A DNA stretch of 64,000 nucleotides from a bacterium. GTDB taxonomy: Bacteria; UBA8248. Position 1 is the first letter of the stretch, and each line of letters opens with the position of its first letter. The position numbers were made by a program, and so were the translations under genes. Below are positions 27,669 to 38,566 of this stretch, piece by piece. A model generated the notes under the pieces. It was not told the origin of the DNA. It did no database searches and saw only the letters and a program-made list of their open reading frames with translations. The stretch spans positions 2,016,001-2,080,000 of the forward strand of contig OZ242260.1 of assembly GCA_965207065.1 (NCBI GenBank), given 5' to 3'.

Positions 27669-28997
27669 ATGAAGAGCAAGAAGAAGTTAATGAGCGCGGA
27701 AAAGCTGTCCCGCAGAAAATTCCTGAAGAAAGCTGGAGCGATGGGGCTCGGCGCGGCGGCGATGAGCACGCTCCCGTTCCCGAACGTGATTCGGGCGGCG
27801 GAACCCATCAAAATGGGTATTCTGCATTCTCTGAGCGGAACCATGGCGATCAGCGAGGTTTCGCTGCGCGACGTGGTCATGATGGCCGTGGAGGAGATCA
27901 ACTCGGCGGGCGGCGTGATGAAGCGCCCCATCAAGCCCGTGGTTGTCGATCCGGCGTCTGACTGGGATTTGTTCGCCGAGAAGGCGAAGCAGCTTCTCCT
28001 GAAAGACAAGGTGGACGTGACGTTCGGCTGCTGGACCTCGGTGAGCCGGAAATCCGTTCTTCCCGTATATGAGAAGAACAACGGCCTTCTCTTCTACCCG
28101 GTGCAGTACGAGGGGGAGGAGTGCTCGAAGAACGTCTTCTACACGGGCGCGACGCCGAACCAGCAGTTGATTCCCGCAGCGGACTACATGATGAGCGAGG
28201 ACGGCGGCGGGTTCAAGAAGTTCTACCTGCTCGGCACCGACTACGTGTTCCCGCGCACGGCGAACAAGATACTCCGGGCCTTCCTGCTGGCGAAGGGCGT
28301 ACCGGCCTCGAACATCATGGAAGAGTACACGCCCTTCCATCACCAGGATTACCAGACCATCGTGGGCAAGGTGAAATCGTTCGCCTCGGGCGGCGACGCC
28401 GCCGTGCTCAGCACCATCAACGGTGACAGCAACGTGCCCTTCTACAAGGAGTTCGCGAACCAGGGCCTGCGCTCCGAAGACGTGCCCATCATGGCGTTCA
28501 GCGTGGCGGAGGACGAGCTTCGCGGCATGGACTCGAAATCGCTCGTCGGGCACCTGGCCGCCTGGAACTACTACCAGTCGATCGACACGCCGCAGAACAA
28601 GAAGTTCGTGAAGAATTTCAAGACCTACTGCAAGAAAATGGGCCTGCCGGGTGGCGCCAGCCGCGTGACGGACGACCCCATCGAGGCGGCCTACCTCGGC
28701 GTCTACATCTGGAAGCAGGCGGTGGAGAAAGCGGGCACCACGAAGGTGGACGACGTCCGCAAGGCGGCTTACGGCATGGGCTTCGAGGCGCCGGGCGGAT
28801 TCAAGAAGATCGACGAGAAGAACCACCATCTGCACAAGCCCGTGCTCATCGGGGAAATCCTCAAGAACGGGCAATTCGAAATCGTCTCGCAGACGAAGGG
28901 CCTCGTGAAGCCCGAACCATGGAGCAAGTACACGAGTCCGGACAAGAGCTGTGACTGGGTAAATCACCAGGGTACATATAAGAAGACGACGACCTAG
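27669..28997 (+). CDS. urtA: Urea ABC transporter substrate-binding protein with Tat signal
   Basis: SRRKFLK; ILHSLSGTMAISE; GCWTSVSRK; FYPVQYEG; DYVFPRTAN; NGDSNVPFY. Confidence 0.95.
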   Translation: MKSKKKLMSAEKLSRRKFLKKAGAMGLGAAAMSTLPFPNVIRAAEPIKMGILHSLSGTMAISEVSLRDVVMMAVEEINSAGGVMKRPIKPVVVDPASDWDLFAEKAKQLLLKDKVDVTFGCWTSVSRKSVLPVYEKNNGLLFYPVQYEGEECSKNVFYTGATPNQQLIPAADYMMSEDGGGFKKFYLLGTDYVFPRTANKILRAFLLAKGVPASNIMEEYTPFHHQDYQTIVGKVKSFASGGDAAVLSTINGDSNVPFYKEFANQGLRSEDVPIMAFSVAEDELRGMDSKSLVGHLAAWNYYQSIDTPQNKKFVKNFKTYCKKMGLPGGASRVTDDPIEAAYLGVYIWKQAVEKAGTTKVDDVRKAAYGMGFEAPGGFKKIDEKNHHLHKPVLIGEILKNGQFEIVSQTKGLVKPEPWSKYTSPDKSCDWVNHQGTYKKTTT

Positions 28998-29006
28998 TCG
29001 CAAGAA

Positions 29007-29046
29007 CCGCCCGGGGGGAGCCGCGCCGCGGCTCCCCCATGGGCGG
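29007..29046 (+). other. Strong GC hairpin between urtA and urtB (possible mRNA stabiliser or attenuator)
   Basis: CCGCCC-GGGGGAGCCGCG / CGCGGCTCCCCC-GGGCGG inverted repeat. Confidence 0.5.
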
Positions 29047-29104
29047 CCCAAAAAAAGAATATGTGAATCGCAAATACCGGCCAGAATACGGCGAAGGAGG
29101 GGGT

Positions 29105-30835
29105 ATGCAGCAAGCCGGCGTTAGTGCGATTCCGCGTGGAGGGTCGGCGAGAGCATTCATATCTCGCGTCCTTATTCTGGTTTTCGCGCTCGGCTTTGGT
29201 TTGGCCGCAAGGGGAGAAGCGCAAACCGAATCATTTTCACCGGCCATCCAGGCGGAAATCGCGCAGTTAGGATCGAAGAACAGAAAGAAAAGAAGACGCG
29301 CTGCCCTCGGTCTCGCGAAGCGCCTCGAGCCAAAGCTGCTACCCCTTCTTTTGGCGCTTCGCGAGGGCAGCCTTTATCGCTGGCAGCCTGAATCGGGCGA
29401 GGCCCGGTTCGTCATCGGCGGAGACGCCGTGACGCGCGGGGATGAAGAATACGTTCCCCTCTTCTCGATTCACGGGAAAAAACCTCTCACCTCCCCGGAC
29501 GGGAATCCCTTTTTCGTTATCGAGGGAAAGCTCAACAAGATTCGCGCGGGCAGAAGAATCCGCCGCGCCATCAAACCCTATCTCAACCAGCTGCAAAGCT
29601 CGGCGCAACTCTACTCCGCCGACCCGAACGTACGCCGCGCGGCGGCGACGCGTATGGCGAGGTTGGGGGATAAAAACCTGATCCCGCTGCTCGACAAGGT
29701 ACTGAAGAGCGAAACCCACTGGCTGGGACGTCATGCGCTCATCGAGGCGAAGGCGCTGATAGGGCTCAAATCGCCGAGTCCAGAAGACAGGCGCTCGGCC
29801 GCCGCCGTGCTCGGTGAGGTTCATGGGCTGAACGCCGTCTCACAACTCAAGCGCCTGGCGGATAAGGACGCCGACCCCGCCGTGCGGGCGGCATCCAGCG
29901 CTGCCATCAAGGAGATAGAGGGCTATCTGAACTGGACCGCGACTATCGACACCTTGTTCCGGGGCTTGAGCCTGGGCTCGATCCTGTTGCTGATGGCGCT
30001 GGGGCTGGCCATCGTCTTCGGCCTCATGGGCGTAATTAACATGGCGCACGGGGAACTGATGATGCTGGGCGCCTACGCCACCTTCATCATCCAGGGCGTC
30101 TTTATCTCTTATATGCCGCAAAATTACTTTGGCTGGTATTTCATCCTGGCGCTACCCGTCGCTTTTCTGGCTTCGGCCCTGATGGGCTATCTCATGGAGA
30201 TTTCCATCATCCGTTACCTGTACGGCCGGCCGCTAGAGACGCTGTTGACCACCTGGGGGATCAGCCTGATTCTCCGGCAAGCCGTCCGCCAGGTGTTCGG
30301 CGCGCAGAACGTGGACGTGAAATCCCCCGAATGGCTGAGCGGGGGGTATCACCTGATGGTCGGCGTCCAGTTTCCCTTTAACCGCATGTTCATCATCGCG
30401 CTGGCCGTCTTCTGCGTGGCGGGCACGTATCTGTTCCTGTTCCGCACGCGAGCGGGTCTGCGGATTCGCGCCGTCACCCAGAACCGGGGCATGAGCACCT
30501 GCCTGGGCGTTCCCTCCCGTCGCGTGGATGCGGGCACGTTCGCCTTCGGCGCGGGGCTGGCGGGCATGGCGGGCGCGGCCCTGAGCCAGGTGGGAAACGT
30601 GGGGCCCGACCTGGGGCAGAACTACATCGTGGATTCGTTCATGGTGGTGGTGACGGGCGGCGTGGGCAAGATTCTGGGTACCATCGTGGCGGGCTTCGGC
30701 ATCGGCGGCATGAACAAGATGCTCGAGCCTGCGATGGGCGCGGTGTTCGGCAAGGTGGTGATTCTGGTTCTGGTGATCCTCTTCCTGCAAAGAAGGCCGG
30801 AGGGGCTGTTCGCCATCCGCACGAGAGGGGCTTGA
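29105..30835 (+). CDS. urtB: Urea ABC permease with N-terminal HEAT-like periplasmic domain
   Basis: FGLMGVINMAHGE, YGRPLETLL.TWG, RAVTQNR, DSFMVVV; GGAGG before ATG 29105. Confidence 0.93.
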   Translation: MQQAGVSAIPRGGSARAFISRVLILVFALGFGLAARGEAQTESFSPAIQAEIAQLGSKNRKKRRRAALGLAKRLEPKLLPLLLALREGSLYRWQPESGEARFVIGGDAVTRGDEEYVPLFSIHGKKPLTSPDGNPFFVIEGKLNKIRAGRRIRRAIKPYLNQLQSSAQLYSADPNVRRAAATRMARLGDKNLIPLLDKVLKSETHWLGRHALIEAKALIGLKSPSPEDRRSAAAVLGEVHGLNAVSQLKRLADKDADPAVRAASSAAIKEIEGYLNWTATIDTLFRGLSLGSILLLMALGLAIVFGLMGVINMAHGELMMLGAYATFIIQGVFISYMPQNYFGWYFILALPVAFLASALMGYLMEISIIRYLYGRPLETLLTTWGISLILRQAVRQVFGAQNVDVKSPEWLSGGYHLMVGVQFPFNRMFIIALAVFCVAGTYLFLFRTRAGLRIRAVTQNRGMSTCLGVPSRRVDAGTFAFGAGLAGMAGAALSQVGNVGPDLGQNYIVDSFMVVVTGGVGKILGTIVAGFGIGGMNKMLEPAMGAVFGKVVILVLVILFLQRRPEGLFAIRTRGA

Positions 30836-30841
30836 TACGTT

Positions 30842-32005
30842 ATGCCGGGTGAAACTCTGGTGGACAGGATGGAGAAAAAGGTCGGCGGCGTCATTCTCGT
30901 GATCGCGGCGTTCTGGTTCATCGTCGCGATGCCCTCGCTGAACGCCTTCGGGACGCCGGGCTCTTTCTTCCACGTCTCGGATTTCACGCTCAACCTGTTC
31001 GGAAAATTCCTGGCCTATGCCATTCTGGCGCTGGGCCTCGATTTGATATGGGGCTACACCGGCATCCTGAGCATGGGCCACGGGGTATTCTTCGGCCTGG
31101 GCGCCTATTGCATGGGCATGTACCTCACGCTCGAGATCGGCGGCGAGGGGGTCTACCAGAGCAAGCTGCCCGACTTCATGGTCTGGAACCAGGTGAAGGA
31201 GCTGCCCCTTTTCTGGAAGCCGTTCCACTCGTTTTTCTTCACCACGCTCGCGGTCGCGCTGGTGCCGGGCGCGCTGGCGGCCGTCTTCGGTTTTCTCGCA
31301 TTCAGGACGCGGGTCCGCGGCGTGTACTTCGCCATCATCACGCAGGCGCTGGCGCTCTCCGCCTGGCTCGTCTTCAACCGCAACGAGGTGAACCTGGGCG
31401 GCACGAACGGCCTCACCAACTTCAAGAAGGTGCTCGGCTTCACGCTCACGGAAGTGTCCACGCAGCGGGGGCTATACATCGTAACCGCGCTTACGCTTTG
31501 CGGCGCGTACCTGCTCTGCCGCTGGATAGTGAAATCACGCGCCGGGAAGATTCTTCTGGCGATCCGGGACGCGGAGAACCGCGTGCTCTACTCGGGCTAT
31601 ACACCCGCGAACTACAAGGTGTTCGTCTTCTCCGTATCCGCCATGCTGGCGGGGGTCGCCGGCGCGTTGTACGTGCCCCAGGTGGGCATCATCACCCCCG
31701 GGCGGATCGGCGTGCTTCCCTCCATCGAGATGGTCATCTGGGTGGCGGTCGGCGGGCGGGGGTCGCTCATCGGCGCCGTCATCGGCGCTATCGGGGTGAA
31801 CTGGGCGCGGAGCTACCTCACGTCGAGTTACCCGGATTACTGGCTCTATTTCCTGGGCGGCATATTCGTCCTGGTCGTTCAGTTCTTTCCGGACGGAATC
31901 CTCGGCGTGGTGCGCGATGCGCCACGCAAGCTGGAAAGATGGATCCGACGAAAAGAGCGCGTGGCGGCGGATGAGAATCTCGCAGCCTTGCGCAGCGAAG
32001 GCTAG
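30842..32005 (+). CDS. urtC: Urea ABC permease
   Basis: DLIWGYTGILS, LPDFMVWN, GVYFAIITQAL, SIEMVIWVAVGGRG. Confidence 0.93.
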   Translation: MPGETLVDRMEKKVGGVILVIAAFWFIVAMPSLNAFGTPGSFFHVSDFTLNLFGKFLAYAILALGLDLIWGYTGILSMGHGVFFGLGAYCMGMYLTLEIGGEGVYQSKLPDFMVWNQVKELPLFWKPFHSFFFTTLAVALVPGALAAVFGFLAFRTRVRGVYFAIITQALALSAWLVFNRNEVNLGGTNGLTNFKKVLGFTLTEVSTQRGLYIVTALTLCGAYLLCRWIVKSRAGKILLAIRDAENRVLYSGYTPANYKVFVFSVSAMLAGVAGALYVPQVGIITPGRIGVLPSIEMVIWVAVGGRGSLIGAVIGAIGVNWARSYLTSSYPDYWLYFLGGIFVLVVQFFPDGILGVVRDAPRKLERWIRRKERVAADENLAALRSEG

Positions 32006-32013
32006 GGGAAAAC

Positions 32014-32781
32014 ATGACGCTGACATCGAAAAGCATACTCTATATGGAGGACGTGTTCGTCGTCTTCGACGGTTTCAAGGCGTTGAACGAGCTCAACTTC
32101 AGCATGGACAGGGGGGAGCTGCGCTGCGTCATCGGTCCGAACGGGGCGGGAAAAACCACCCTGCTCGACGTCGTGACGGGCAAGGTGAAGCCGGATTCCG
32201 GGCGGGTGGTATTCAAGGAGAAAACCAACCTCGCGCGGATGCGCCAGGAAGAGATATCGAACGCAGGCATCGGCAGAAAATTCCAGACGCCGACCATTTA
32301 TGAGAACCTCACGGTGCGCGATAACCTCGAACTCTCCGTGAAACAGGACAAGAAGGTGACCTCGCTTCTTTTCGGCGGGGCCACGGCCGAGGCGCGGGAG
32401 CGGGTGGAGGAAACGCTCGACGTCATCGGACTCACGTCCAAGAGCAACTGGCGGGCCGGCCTGCTGGCCCACGGCGAAAAACAGTGGCTCGAAATCGGCA
32501 TGGTGGTGGTGCAGGACCCGGATCTCCTGCTCGTCGACGAGCCCGTGGCCGGTATGACGGACAGGGAGACGGATAAGACGGCGGCGCTTTTGCGGCGCAT
32601 CGCCGAGCATCGCTCGGTTCTCGTCATCGAGCATGACATGAAATTCGTGCGGGAGATCGCCGAGCGAGTCACCGTGCTTCACGAGGGCGCCGTAATATGC
32701 GAGGGTTCCATCGATCACGTGCACAAGGACGAGCGGGTCATCGAACTCTATCTGGGCAGGGGAAGCGAGGAACATGCTTAG
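32014..32781 (+). CDS. urtD: Urea ABC ATP-binding protein
   Basis: FDGFKALN, GPNGAGKTT, GIGRKFQ.P, HGEKQWLEIGM, DEPVAGM. Confidence 0.93.
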   Translation: MTLTSKSILYMEDVFVVFDGFKALNELNFSMDRGELRCVIGPNGAGKTTLLDVVTGKVKPDSGRVVFKEKTNLARMRQEEISNAGIGRKFQTPTIYENLTVRDNLELSVKQDKKVTSLLFGGATAEARERVEETLDVIGLTSKSNWRAGLLAHGEKQWLEIGMVVVQDPDLLLVDEPVAGMTDRETDKTAALLRRIAEHRSVLVIEHDMKFVREIAERVTVLHEGAVICEGSIDHVHKDERVIELYLGRGSEEHA

Positions 32782-33469
32782 GGTTGAGGAACTCCACGCC
32801 TACTACGGCGAAAGCCACATTCTGCGTGGGCTCGACATCGAGGTTGGCCCCGGCGAGATTGCCGGCATCATCGGCAGAAACGGCATGGGCAAGACCACGT
32901 TCCTGAAATCCATCGTTGGTCTGCTCAAGCCCAAAGCGGGAAAAGTCGAATTCCTGGAGAGCGACATTACTGCTTCGAGACCCGAGGCGCGCGCGAGGAT
33001 GGGTGTCGCCTACGTCCCCCAGGGGCGGGAGATTTTTCCGCAGCTCAGCGTGCACGAGAATCTACTGCTGGGGCTGGAAGCCCACCCCGACCGCCCCCGG
33101 AGGTATGACGAGGGCGTTTTCGAGCTTTTCCCCGTTTTAAGGGAAATGCTCGGACGAAAGGGAGGGGTGCTGAGCGGCGGACAGCAGCAGCAACTCGCCA
33201 TCGCCCGCGCCCTGGTGAGCGAACCCAAGCTCCTGTTGCTCGATGAGCCGACCGAGGGCATTCAGCCCTCCATCATCATGGACATCGAGAGCGTTCTTTG
33301 GAAGATCAAGGAACGCGGCGACGTGGGCATCATCCTCGTGGAGCAGTACCTGGAGTTCGCCTGGCGGCTCTCGGATCGATATTACGTGATGGAAAAAGGG
33401 GAATTCACGGCCACCGGACAAGCGCAGGGCGAGTGCGACACAGCGCTGCTCGACCGCCTGACCGCGTAG
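32774..33469 (+). CDS. urtE: Urea ABC ATP-binding protein
   Basis: [43 protein letters not shown]. Confidence 0.93.
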   Translation: MLRVEELHAYYGESHILRGLDIEVGPGEIAGIIGRNGMGKTTFLKSIVGLLKPKAGKVEFLESDITASRPEARARMGVAYVPQGREIFPQLSVHENLLLGLEAHPDRPRRYDEGVFELFPVLREMLGRKGGVLSGGQQQQLAIARALVSEPKLLLLDEPTEGIQPSIIMDIESVLWKIKERGDVGIILVEQYLEFAWRLSDRYYVMEKGEFTATGQAQGECDTALLDRLTA

Positions 33470-33503
33470 CCGCCCGCAGGAGTTTTTTGACAGGAGGCAG
33501 GCG

Positions 33504-33809
33504 ATGCATCTGACACCGAGGGAGCAGGAGAAGCTCCTCGTTTTCGTTGCGGCGGAGTTGGCGCGCGCGCGCCGCGCGCGCGGCCTCAAGCTCAATTACC
33601 CCGAAGCCGTCAGCATCATCACGGCGGAGGTGCTCGAAGGCGCGCGCGACGGGAAATCCGTGGCCGAGCTGATGCGCTACGGCGCGACGATTCTCGCGCG
33701 AGAGGACGTCATGGAAGGGGTGCCCGAGATGATCCACGAGGTGCAGGTCGAGGGCACGTTCCCCGACGGCACCAAGCTCGTAACGGTGCATGACCCGATA
33801 CGAGGCTGA
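33504..33809 (+). CDS. ureA: Urease gamma subunit
   Basis: [35 protein letters not shown]. Confidence 0.97.
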   Translation: MHLTPREQEKLLVFVAAELARARRARGLKLNYPEAVSIITAEVLEGARDGKSVAELMRYGATILAREDVMEGVPEMIHEVQVEGTFPDGTKLVTVHDPIRG

Positions 33810-33819
33810 AGGAGAGCGC

Positions 33820-34191
33820 ATGATACCCGGCGAATATATTCTGGCGGACGGCGTGATCGTCCTGAACGAGGGGCGCGAAACCGCCTCGCTCATCGTGGCG
33901 AACCGAGGCGACAGGCCCATCCAGGTGGGTTCCCACTTTCATTTCTTCGAGGTGAACCGCCTGCTCGATTTTGACAGGAAGGCGGCTTTCGGCATGCGGC
34001 TGGACATTCCGGCGGGAACGGCGGTGCGCTTCGAACCCGGCGATGAGAAGGAGGTGACGCTCGTCGCCTTCGCGGGCGCGCGCACCGCCATGGGGCTGAA
34101 CGCGCTGACGGAGGGCGCGCTCGATTCGGCCGCCGTGCGCGAGGGCGCACTCGAGAAAGCCCGCGCCGAGGGCTACGGGGGGACGGACTGA
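33820..34191 (+). CDS. ureB: Urease beta subunit
   Basis: [34 protein letters not shown]. Confidence 0.97.
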   Translation: MIPGEYILADGVIVLNEGRETASLIVANRGDRPIQVGSHFHFFEVNRLLDFDRKAAFGMRLDIPAGTAVRFEPGDEKEVTLVAFAGARTAMGLNALTEGALDSAAVREGALEKARAEGYGGTD

Positions 34192-35903
34192 TGGCTTTTC
34201 GCATGGACAGGCGCGTCTACGCCGACATGTTCGGCCCCACGGTGGGGGACAAGGTGCGCCTCGCGGACACCGATCTCTTCATCGAGGTCGAAGAAGACCG
34301 CACCGTTTACGGCGATGAGTCGAAATTCGGCGGCGGCAAGGTCATCAGAGACGGCATGGGGCAATCCCCCACCGAGACGCGTGAGGCCGACGCGCTCGAC
34401 CTGCTCATCACCAACGCGCTGATCCTCGACTACTGGGGCGTGGTGAAGGCGGATGTGGGAATCAAGGACGGGAAGATTGTCGGGGTTGGCAAGTCGGGCA
34501 ATCCGCACCTGATGCAGGGGGTGGACATGACGGTCGGCGCCGCGACGGAGGTGCTGGCAGGCGAGGGGATGATACTCACCGCAGGCGGCATCGACACCCA
34601 CATCCACTTCATCTGTCCCCAGCAGATTGACGAGGCGCTCTCCTCGGGCGTCACCACCATGTTCGGCGGGGGAACCGGCCCCGCCACGGGCACGAACGCC
34701 ACCACCTGCACCCCGGGCGCGTGGAACATCGCCCGGATGCTCCAGGCGGCGGAGGCCTACCCCATGAACCTGGGATTCCTGGGCAAGGGAAACGCATCGC
34801 GTCCGGAGCCTCTTATCGAGCAGATCCGCGCGGGCGCGGTGGGGCTGAAACTCCATGAGGACTGGGGAACCACGCCCGCGGCGATCGATTGCTGCCTCGG
34901 CGTGGCGGAGGATATGGACGTGCAGGTGTGCATCCATACCGATACGCTCAACGAATCGGGCTTCGTCGAGACCTCCATCGCCGCGTTCAAGGGCCGGACC
35001 ATCCACACCTACCACACCGAAGGGGCGGGCGGTGGCCATGCGCCCGACATCATCCGCGTGTGCGGGGAGGCGGGCGTGCTGCCCTCCTCGACGAACCCCA
35101 CGCGGCCCTTCACGGTGAACACGGTGGACGAGCATCTCGACATGCTGATGGTGTGCCACCACCTGGACAGCAAGATTCCAGAGGACGTGGCCTTTGCCGA
35201 GTCGAGGATCCGCGCGGAGACCATCGCGGCGGAAGACATTCTTCACGACATGGGCGCGTTCAGCATGATGGGTTCGGACTCGCAGGCCATGGGCCGTGTG
35301 GGCGAGGTGGTCATCCGCACCTGGCAGACGGCGGACAAGATGAAGCGACAGCGCGGCGCGCTGGCCGAGGAAAGCGGCGCCAACGACAACTACCGCGCCA
35401 GGCGCTACGTGGCGAAATACACCATCAACCCCGCGATTGCACACGGGATTTCCGATTACGTCGGCTCGATCGAAGTGGGCAAGATGGCGGACATGGTGCT
35501 CTGGAAGCCCGCCTTTTTCGGCGTGAAGCCCGAAGTCGTGGTGAAGGGCGGCTTCATCGCCCACGCGGCGATGGGCGACCCCAACGCCTCCATCCCAACA
35601 CCGCAACCCGTTCTGGGTCGGCCCATGTTCGGTTCGATGGGGAAAGCGGTCGGCCCCACTTCCTACACCTTCGTCTCAGGGGTGGCGGCAGAGGATCGAT
35701 TGGGCGACGCGCTGGGTCTGGGCAAGATCGTGGCGCCCGTCTCGAACTGCCGCTCAATCGGCAAGAAAGACATGAAGCTGAACGATGCCCTGCCCGATAT
35801 CGAGGTCGATCCCGAAACCTACGTGGTGAAGGCGGACGGGGAGACGCTCACGTGCGAACCCGCCGAGGTGCTCCCCATGGCGCAGCGGTATTTTCTTTTC
35901 TAG
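34191..35903 (+). CDS. ureC: Urease alpha subunit
   Basis: [61 protein letters not shown]. Confidence 0.98.
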   Translation: MAFRMDRRVYADMFGPTVGDKVRLADTDLFIEVEEDRTVYGDESKFGGGKVIRDGMGQSPTETREADALDLLITNALILDYWGVVKADVGIKDGKIVGVGKSGNPHLMQGVDMTVGAATEVLAGEGMILTAGGIDTHIHFICPQQIDEALSSGVTTMFGGGTGPATGTNATTCTPGAWNIARMLQAAEAYPMNLGFLGKGNASRPEPLIEQIRAGAVGLKLHEDWGTTPAAIDCCLGVAEDMDVQVCIHTDTLNESGFVETSIAAFKGRTIHTYHTEGAGGGHAPDIIRVCGEAGVLPSSTNPTRPFTVNTVDEHLDMLMVCHHLDSKIPEDVAFAESRIRAETIAAEDILHDMGAFSMMGSDSQAMGRVGEVVIRTWQTADKMKRQRGALAEESGANDNYRARRYVAKYTINPAIAHGISDYVGSIEVGKMADMVLWKPAFFGVKPEVVVKGGFIAHAAMGDPNASIPTPQPVLGRPMFGSMGKAVGPTSYTFVSGVAAEDRLGDALGLGKIVAPVSNCRSIGKKDMKLNDALPDIEVDPETYVVKADGETLTCEPAEVLPMAQRYFLF

Positions 35904-35912
35904 GAGGCGGCG

Positions 35913-36356
35913 ATGATCCTCGTCGAAGAAATACGGGGCAGGCTCTGCGCCGATGAGAGCAGGCGCGTCGAGCGCGTGGCTCTGGGCTGGGAGGACAGGC
36001 TCAGGAGCCGCCAGCGGGTGCGCACCGATACCGGCACCGAACTCGGCGTTAAACTGCCGACCGGACAGCCTTTGAAGGAAGGCGACGTTCTATTCGAGGA
36101 TGGGGAGTGCGTGGTGGTCGTCGCCGCGATCCCAGAAGACGTGCTCGTCCTCTACGCGGATTCACCCACCGAGATGGGCCGCCTCTGCTACCAGGTGGGA
36201 AACCGTCACGCGCCGATCTGCGTTCAGGACGGCCGCGTCCTCACACCCTATGACTCCGTGCTGGAGGCGTATTTCGTCAAGATGGGCGTCAGATGCGAGA
36301 AGGCGAAAGAACCCTTCACGCATGATTTCGGCGCCTTTCACTCTCATCACCATTAG
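35913..36356 (+). CDS. ureE: Urease accessory Ni chaperone
   Basis: GNRHAP motif, His-rich C-terminus, operon position. Confidence 0.9.
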   Translation: MILVEEIRGRLCADESRRVERVALGWEDRLRSRQRVRTDTGTELGVKLPTGQPLKEGDVLFEDGECVVVVAAIPEDVLVLYADSPTEMGRLCYQVGNRHAPICVQDGRVLTPYDSVLEAYFVKMGVRCEKAKEPFTHDFGAFHSHHH

Positions 36357-36359
36357 AAG

Positions 36360-37040
36360 ATGAGTGCCTACCGGCTCCTCCAGATATCCGATTCCGCGTT
36401 CCCGCGCGGGGCTTTCGCCCATTCCTACGGTCTCGAAACCTACGTAGCGGAAGGAAGCATCGCCTCTGCGGCGGAGCTCGAGGAATTCATCGCTTCCGTC
36501 CTGCGCCACGGCGCCGCGACGCTGGACGGCGTCTATCTGCGCGAGGCTTATTTAACGAAAAAAGAGGATGATCTCCCGAAGATCATGGCGCTCGACGCCG
36601 CCTACGACGCCGCGCGGCCCGTCAAATCGCTGCGCGATGCGAGCAGGAGCGTGGGCCGTCAGTTCCTGCGCACGGCGCGGGGCTTCATCGAGGATACTTT
36701 GCTGGACGAGCTGGATGAGGAGGCAAGGCGGGAGCGGACTTTAGGCCACTACCCGATAACGCTTGGCTGCGTCGCAGAATCCTTAGGCCTGGCTTGTGAA
36801 GAGGGCCTCGAATCGCTTTGCTATGGCGTCGTATCCGGCCTGGTTTCCGCCGCCGTGCGGCTGGTTCCGCTCGGCCAAACCGAAGGCCAGCGCGTCATCT
36901 CGAACCTGGAAGGCGAAGTGCGCGAGGCGGTAGAGATCGCGACGGCGCTTTCTCTGGAGGATGCTCATTCCTGGGGGCCGGGGCACGAGATACGCGCCAT
37001 GACGCACCGGAGACTTCACACGCGCTTGTTCGTTTCTTGA
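36360..37040 (+). CDS. ureF: Urease accessory protein
   Basis: [31 protein letters not shown]. Confidence 0.92.
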   Translation: MSAYRLLQISDSAFPRGAFAHSYGLETYVAEGSIASAAELEEFIASVLRHGAATLDGVYLREAYLTKKEDDLPKIMALDAAYDAARPVKSLRDASRSVGRQFLRTARGFIEDTLLDELDEEARRERTLGHYPITLGCVAESLGLACEEGLESLCYGVVSGLVSAAVRLVPLGQTEGQRVISNLEGEVREAVEIATALSLEDAHSWGPGHEIRAMTHRRLHTRLFVS

Positions 37041-37051
37041 GGAGGATAACG

Positions 37052-37669
37052 ATGATGGATAAGGCGCCCGTAAAGATAGGCGTGGGCGGGCCGGTGGGAT
37101 CGGGCAAGACCGCCCTGGTGGACAGGCTGTGCAAGCGGATGCGCGACAGGTACGCCATCGCCGTCGTGACGAACGACATCTACACGAAAGAGGACGCGGA
37201 GTTCCTGACGCGCAGCGGCGCGCTCTCGCCCGAGCGAATCTCAGGCGTGGAGACGGGCGGGTGCCCGCATACGGCGATCCGCGAGGATATCTCCCTGAAC
37301 CGCGAAGCCATGGAGATACTCGCCCGCGATTTCCATCCGCTGGACATCATTTTCGTGGAGAGCGGGGGCGACAACCTGGCCGCCACTTTCAGCCCCGAAC
37401 TCGTGGACGCGTCGATCTACGTCATCGACGTGTCGGCGGGGGACAAGATTCCCCGAAAGGGCGGCCCCGGCATCACGCGCTCGGAACTCCTGCTGATCAA
37501 CAAGATAGACCTGGCGCCTCTCGTGGGCGCGAGTCTCGAAGTAATGGACCGAGACGCGAAGAAGATGCGCGGCGAGCGCCCGTTTCTGTTCACCAACCTG
37601 AAAGCCGAACAGGGTCTCGATGAGGTGATCGGCTGGATCGAGCGCGAACTCCTCTTCGTGGAGGCCTGA
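37052..37669 (+). CDS. ureG: Urease accessory GTPase
   Basis: [39 protein letters not shown] before ATG 37052. Confidence 0.96.
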   Translation: MMDKAPVKIGVGGPVGSGKTALVDRLCKRMRDRYAIAVVTNDIYTKEDAEFLTRSGALSPERISGVETGGCPHTAIREDISLNREAMEILARDFHPLDIIFVESGGDNLAATFSPELVDASIYVIDVSAGDKIPRKGGPGITRSELLLINKIDLAPLVGASLEVMDRDAKKMRGERPFLFTNLKAEQGLDEVIGWIERELLFVEA

Positions 37670-38526
37670 TGCCGCTCTTAAGCGCAAGCGCGCCCTCCCG
37701 CGTGGGACGCCACGGCGTCGCTCTCGCAAAATTCAAGCGTGTGGGGGAGCGGACGTATCTCGCGGATTCATTCTTCCGGGTGCCCTTGCAGTTGATGCGC
37801 CCCAATTATCCCGAAGGGGAGGCGCCTGCCCACATGACGCTCATCAATCCGACGGGCGGGCACGTGGGCGGCGACGTTCTGGAACTCGAAATCGCGCTCG
37901 ATGAGGGAGCGCGTGTTTTGTGGACGACGCAGGGGGCCACCAAGGTCTACAAGAGCCTGGGCGAGCCTGTGACGTCGACGACGAAAATCGAGATGGGCGA
38001 GGGGAGTGGCCTCGAGCTCCTGCCCGACCCGATCATTCCCTATAAAGATTCCATCTACGCGCAGGAGACGGAAATCTCCATGGCCGAGGGAGCAAGGCTG
38101 CTTTACGGGGAATCGCTCTACCACGGCCGGGTCGCCTCGGGCGAGCATTTTGATTATTCGTCCTTGAGACTCAAGCTGCATGTCGACTATGGGGGCGCGC
38201 CCCTCTTGCGCGACGTAATGGAGGTGAAGCCTGAAGAATCAAACCCCGAGCGGATGGGCCTGTTCGAGCCGTATCCTTATCTGGGTTCTTTCTACGTCGC
38301 AGGCGGGGCGGATGAGGCGTTGAACCACATCGCGGAGCAGGTCGAATCCCTGCTGGCGGGAGCTTCCGGCCTTGCGGGCGGCTGCACGCGGCTCACAGGC
38401 CCCGGCGCGCTCGTCCGCTGGCTGGCGGATTCGCCCGAAGTCATGAGAAAAACCCATTTCGAGATATGGGGCATTGCCCGAAAAACGCTTTTCGGCCGGG
38501 AGGCGACGCCGCTCAGAAAGTTCTAG
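37669..38526 (+). CDS. ureD: Urease accessory protein UreD/UreH
   Basis: NPTGG..GGD, TTQGATKVY, PDPIIP; last gene of the urease operon. Confidence 0.9.
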   Translation: MPLLSASAPSRVGRHGVALAKFKRVGERTYLADSFFRVPLQLMRPNYPEGEAPAHMTLINPTGGHVGGDVLELEIALDEGARVLWTTQGATKVYKSLGEPVTSTTKIEMGEGSGLELLPDPIIPYKDSIYAQETEISMAEGARLLYGESLYHGRVASGEHFDYSSLRLKLHVDYGGAPLLRDVMEVKPEESNPERMGLFEPYPYLGSFYVAGGADEALNHIAEQVESLLAGASGLAGGCTRLTGPGALVRWLADSPEVMRKTHFEIWGIARKTLFGREATPLRKF

Positions 38527-38566
38527 CGGAGGGCTGAGAGCGTTTCCGCTCACCGAAGAATGAAGT

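Noticed and set aside
29105-29930. HEAT-like N-terminal domain of UrtB as a novel fusion
   Set aside because: Long N-terminal periplasmic extensions are known in many UrtB proteins.
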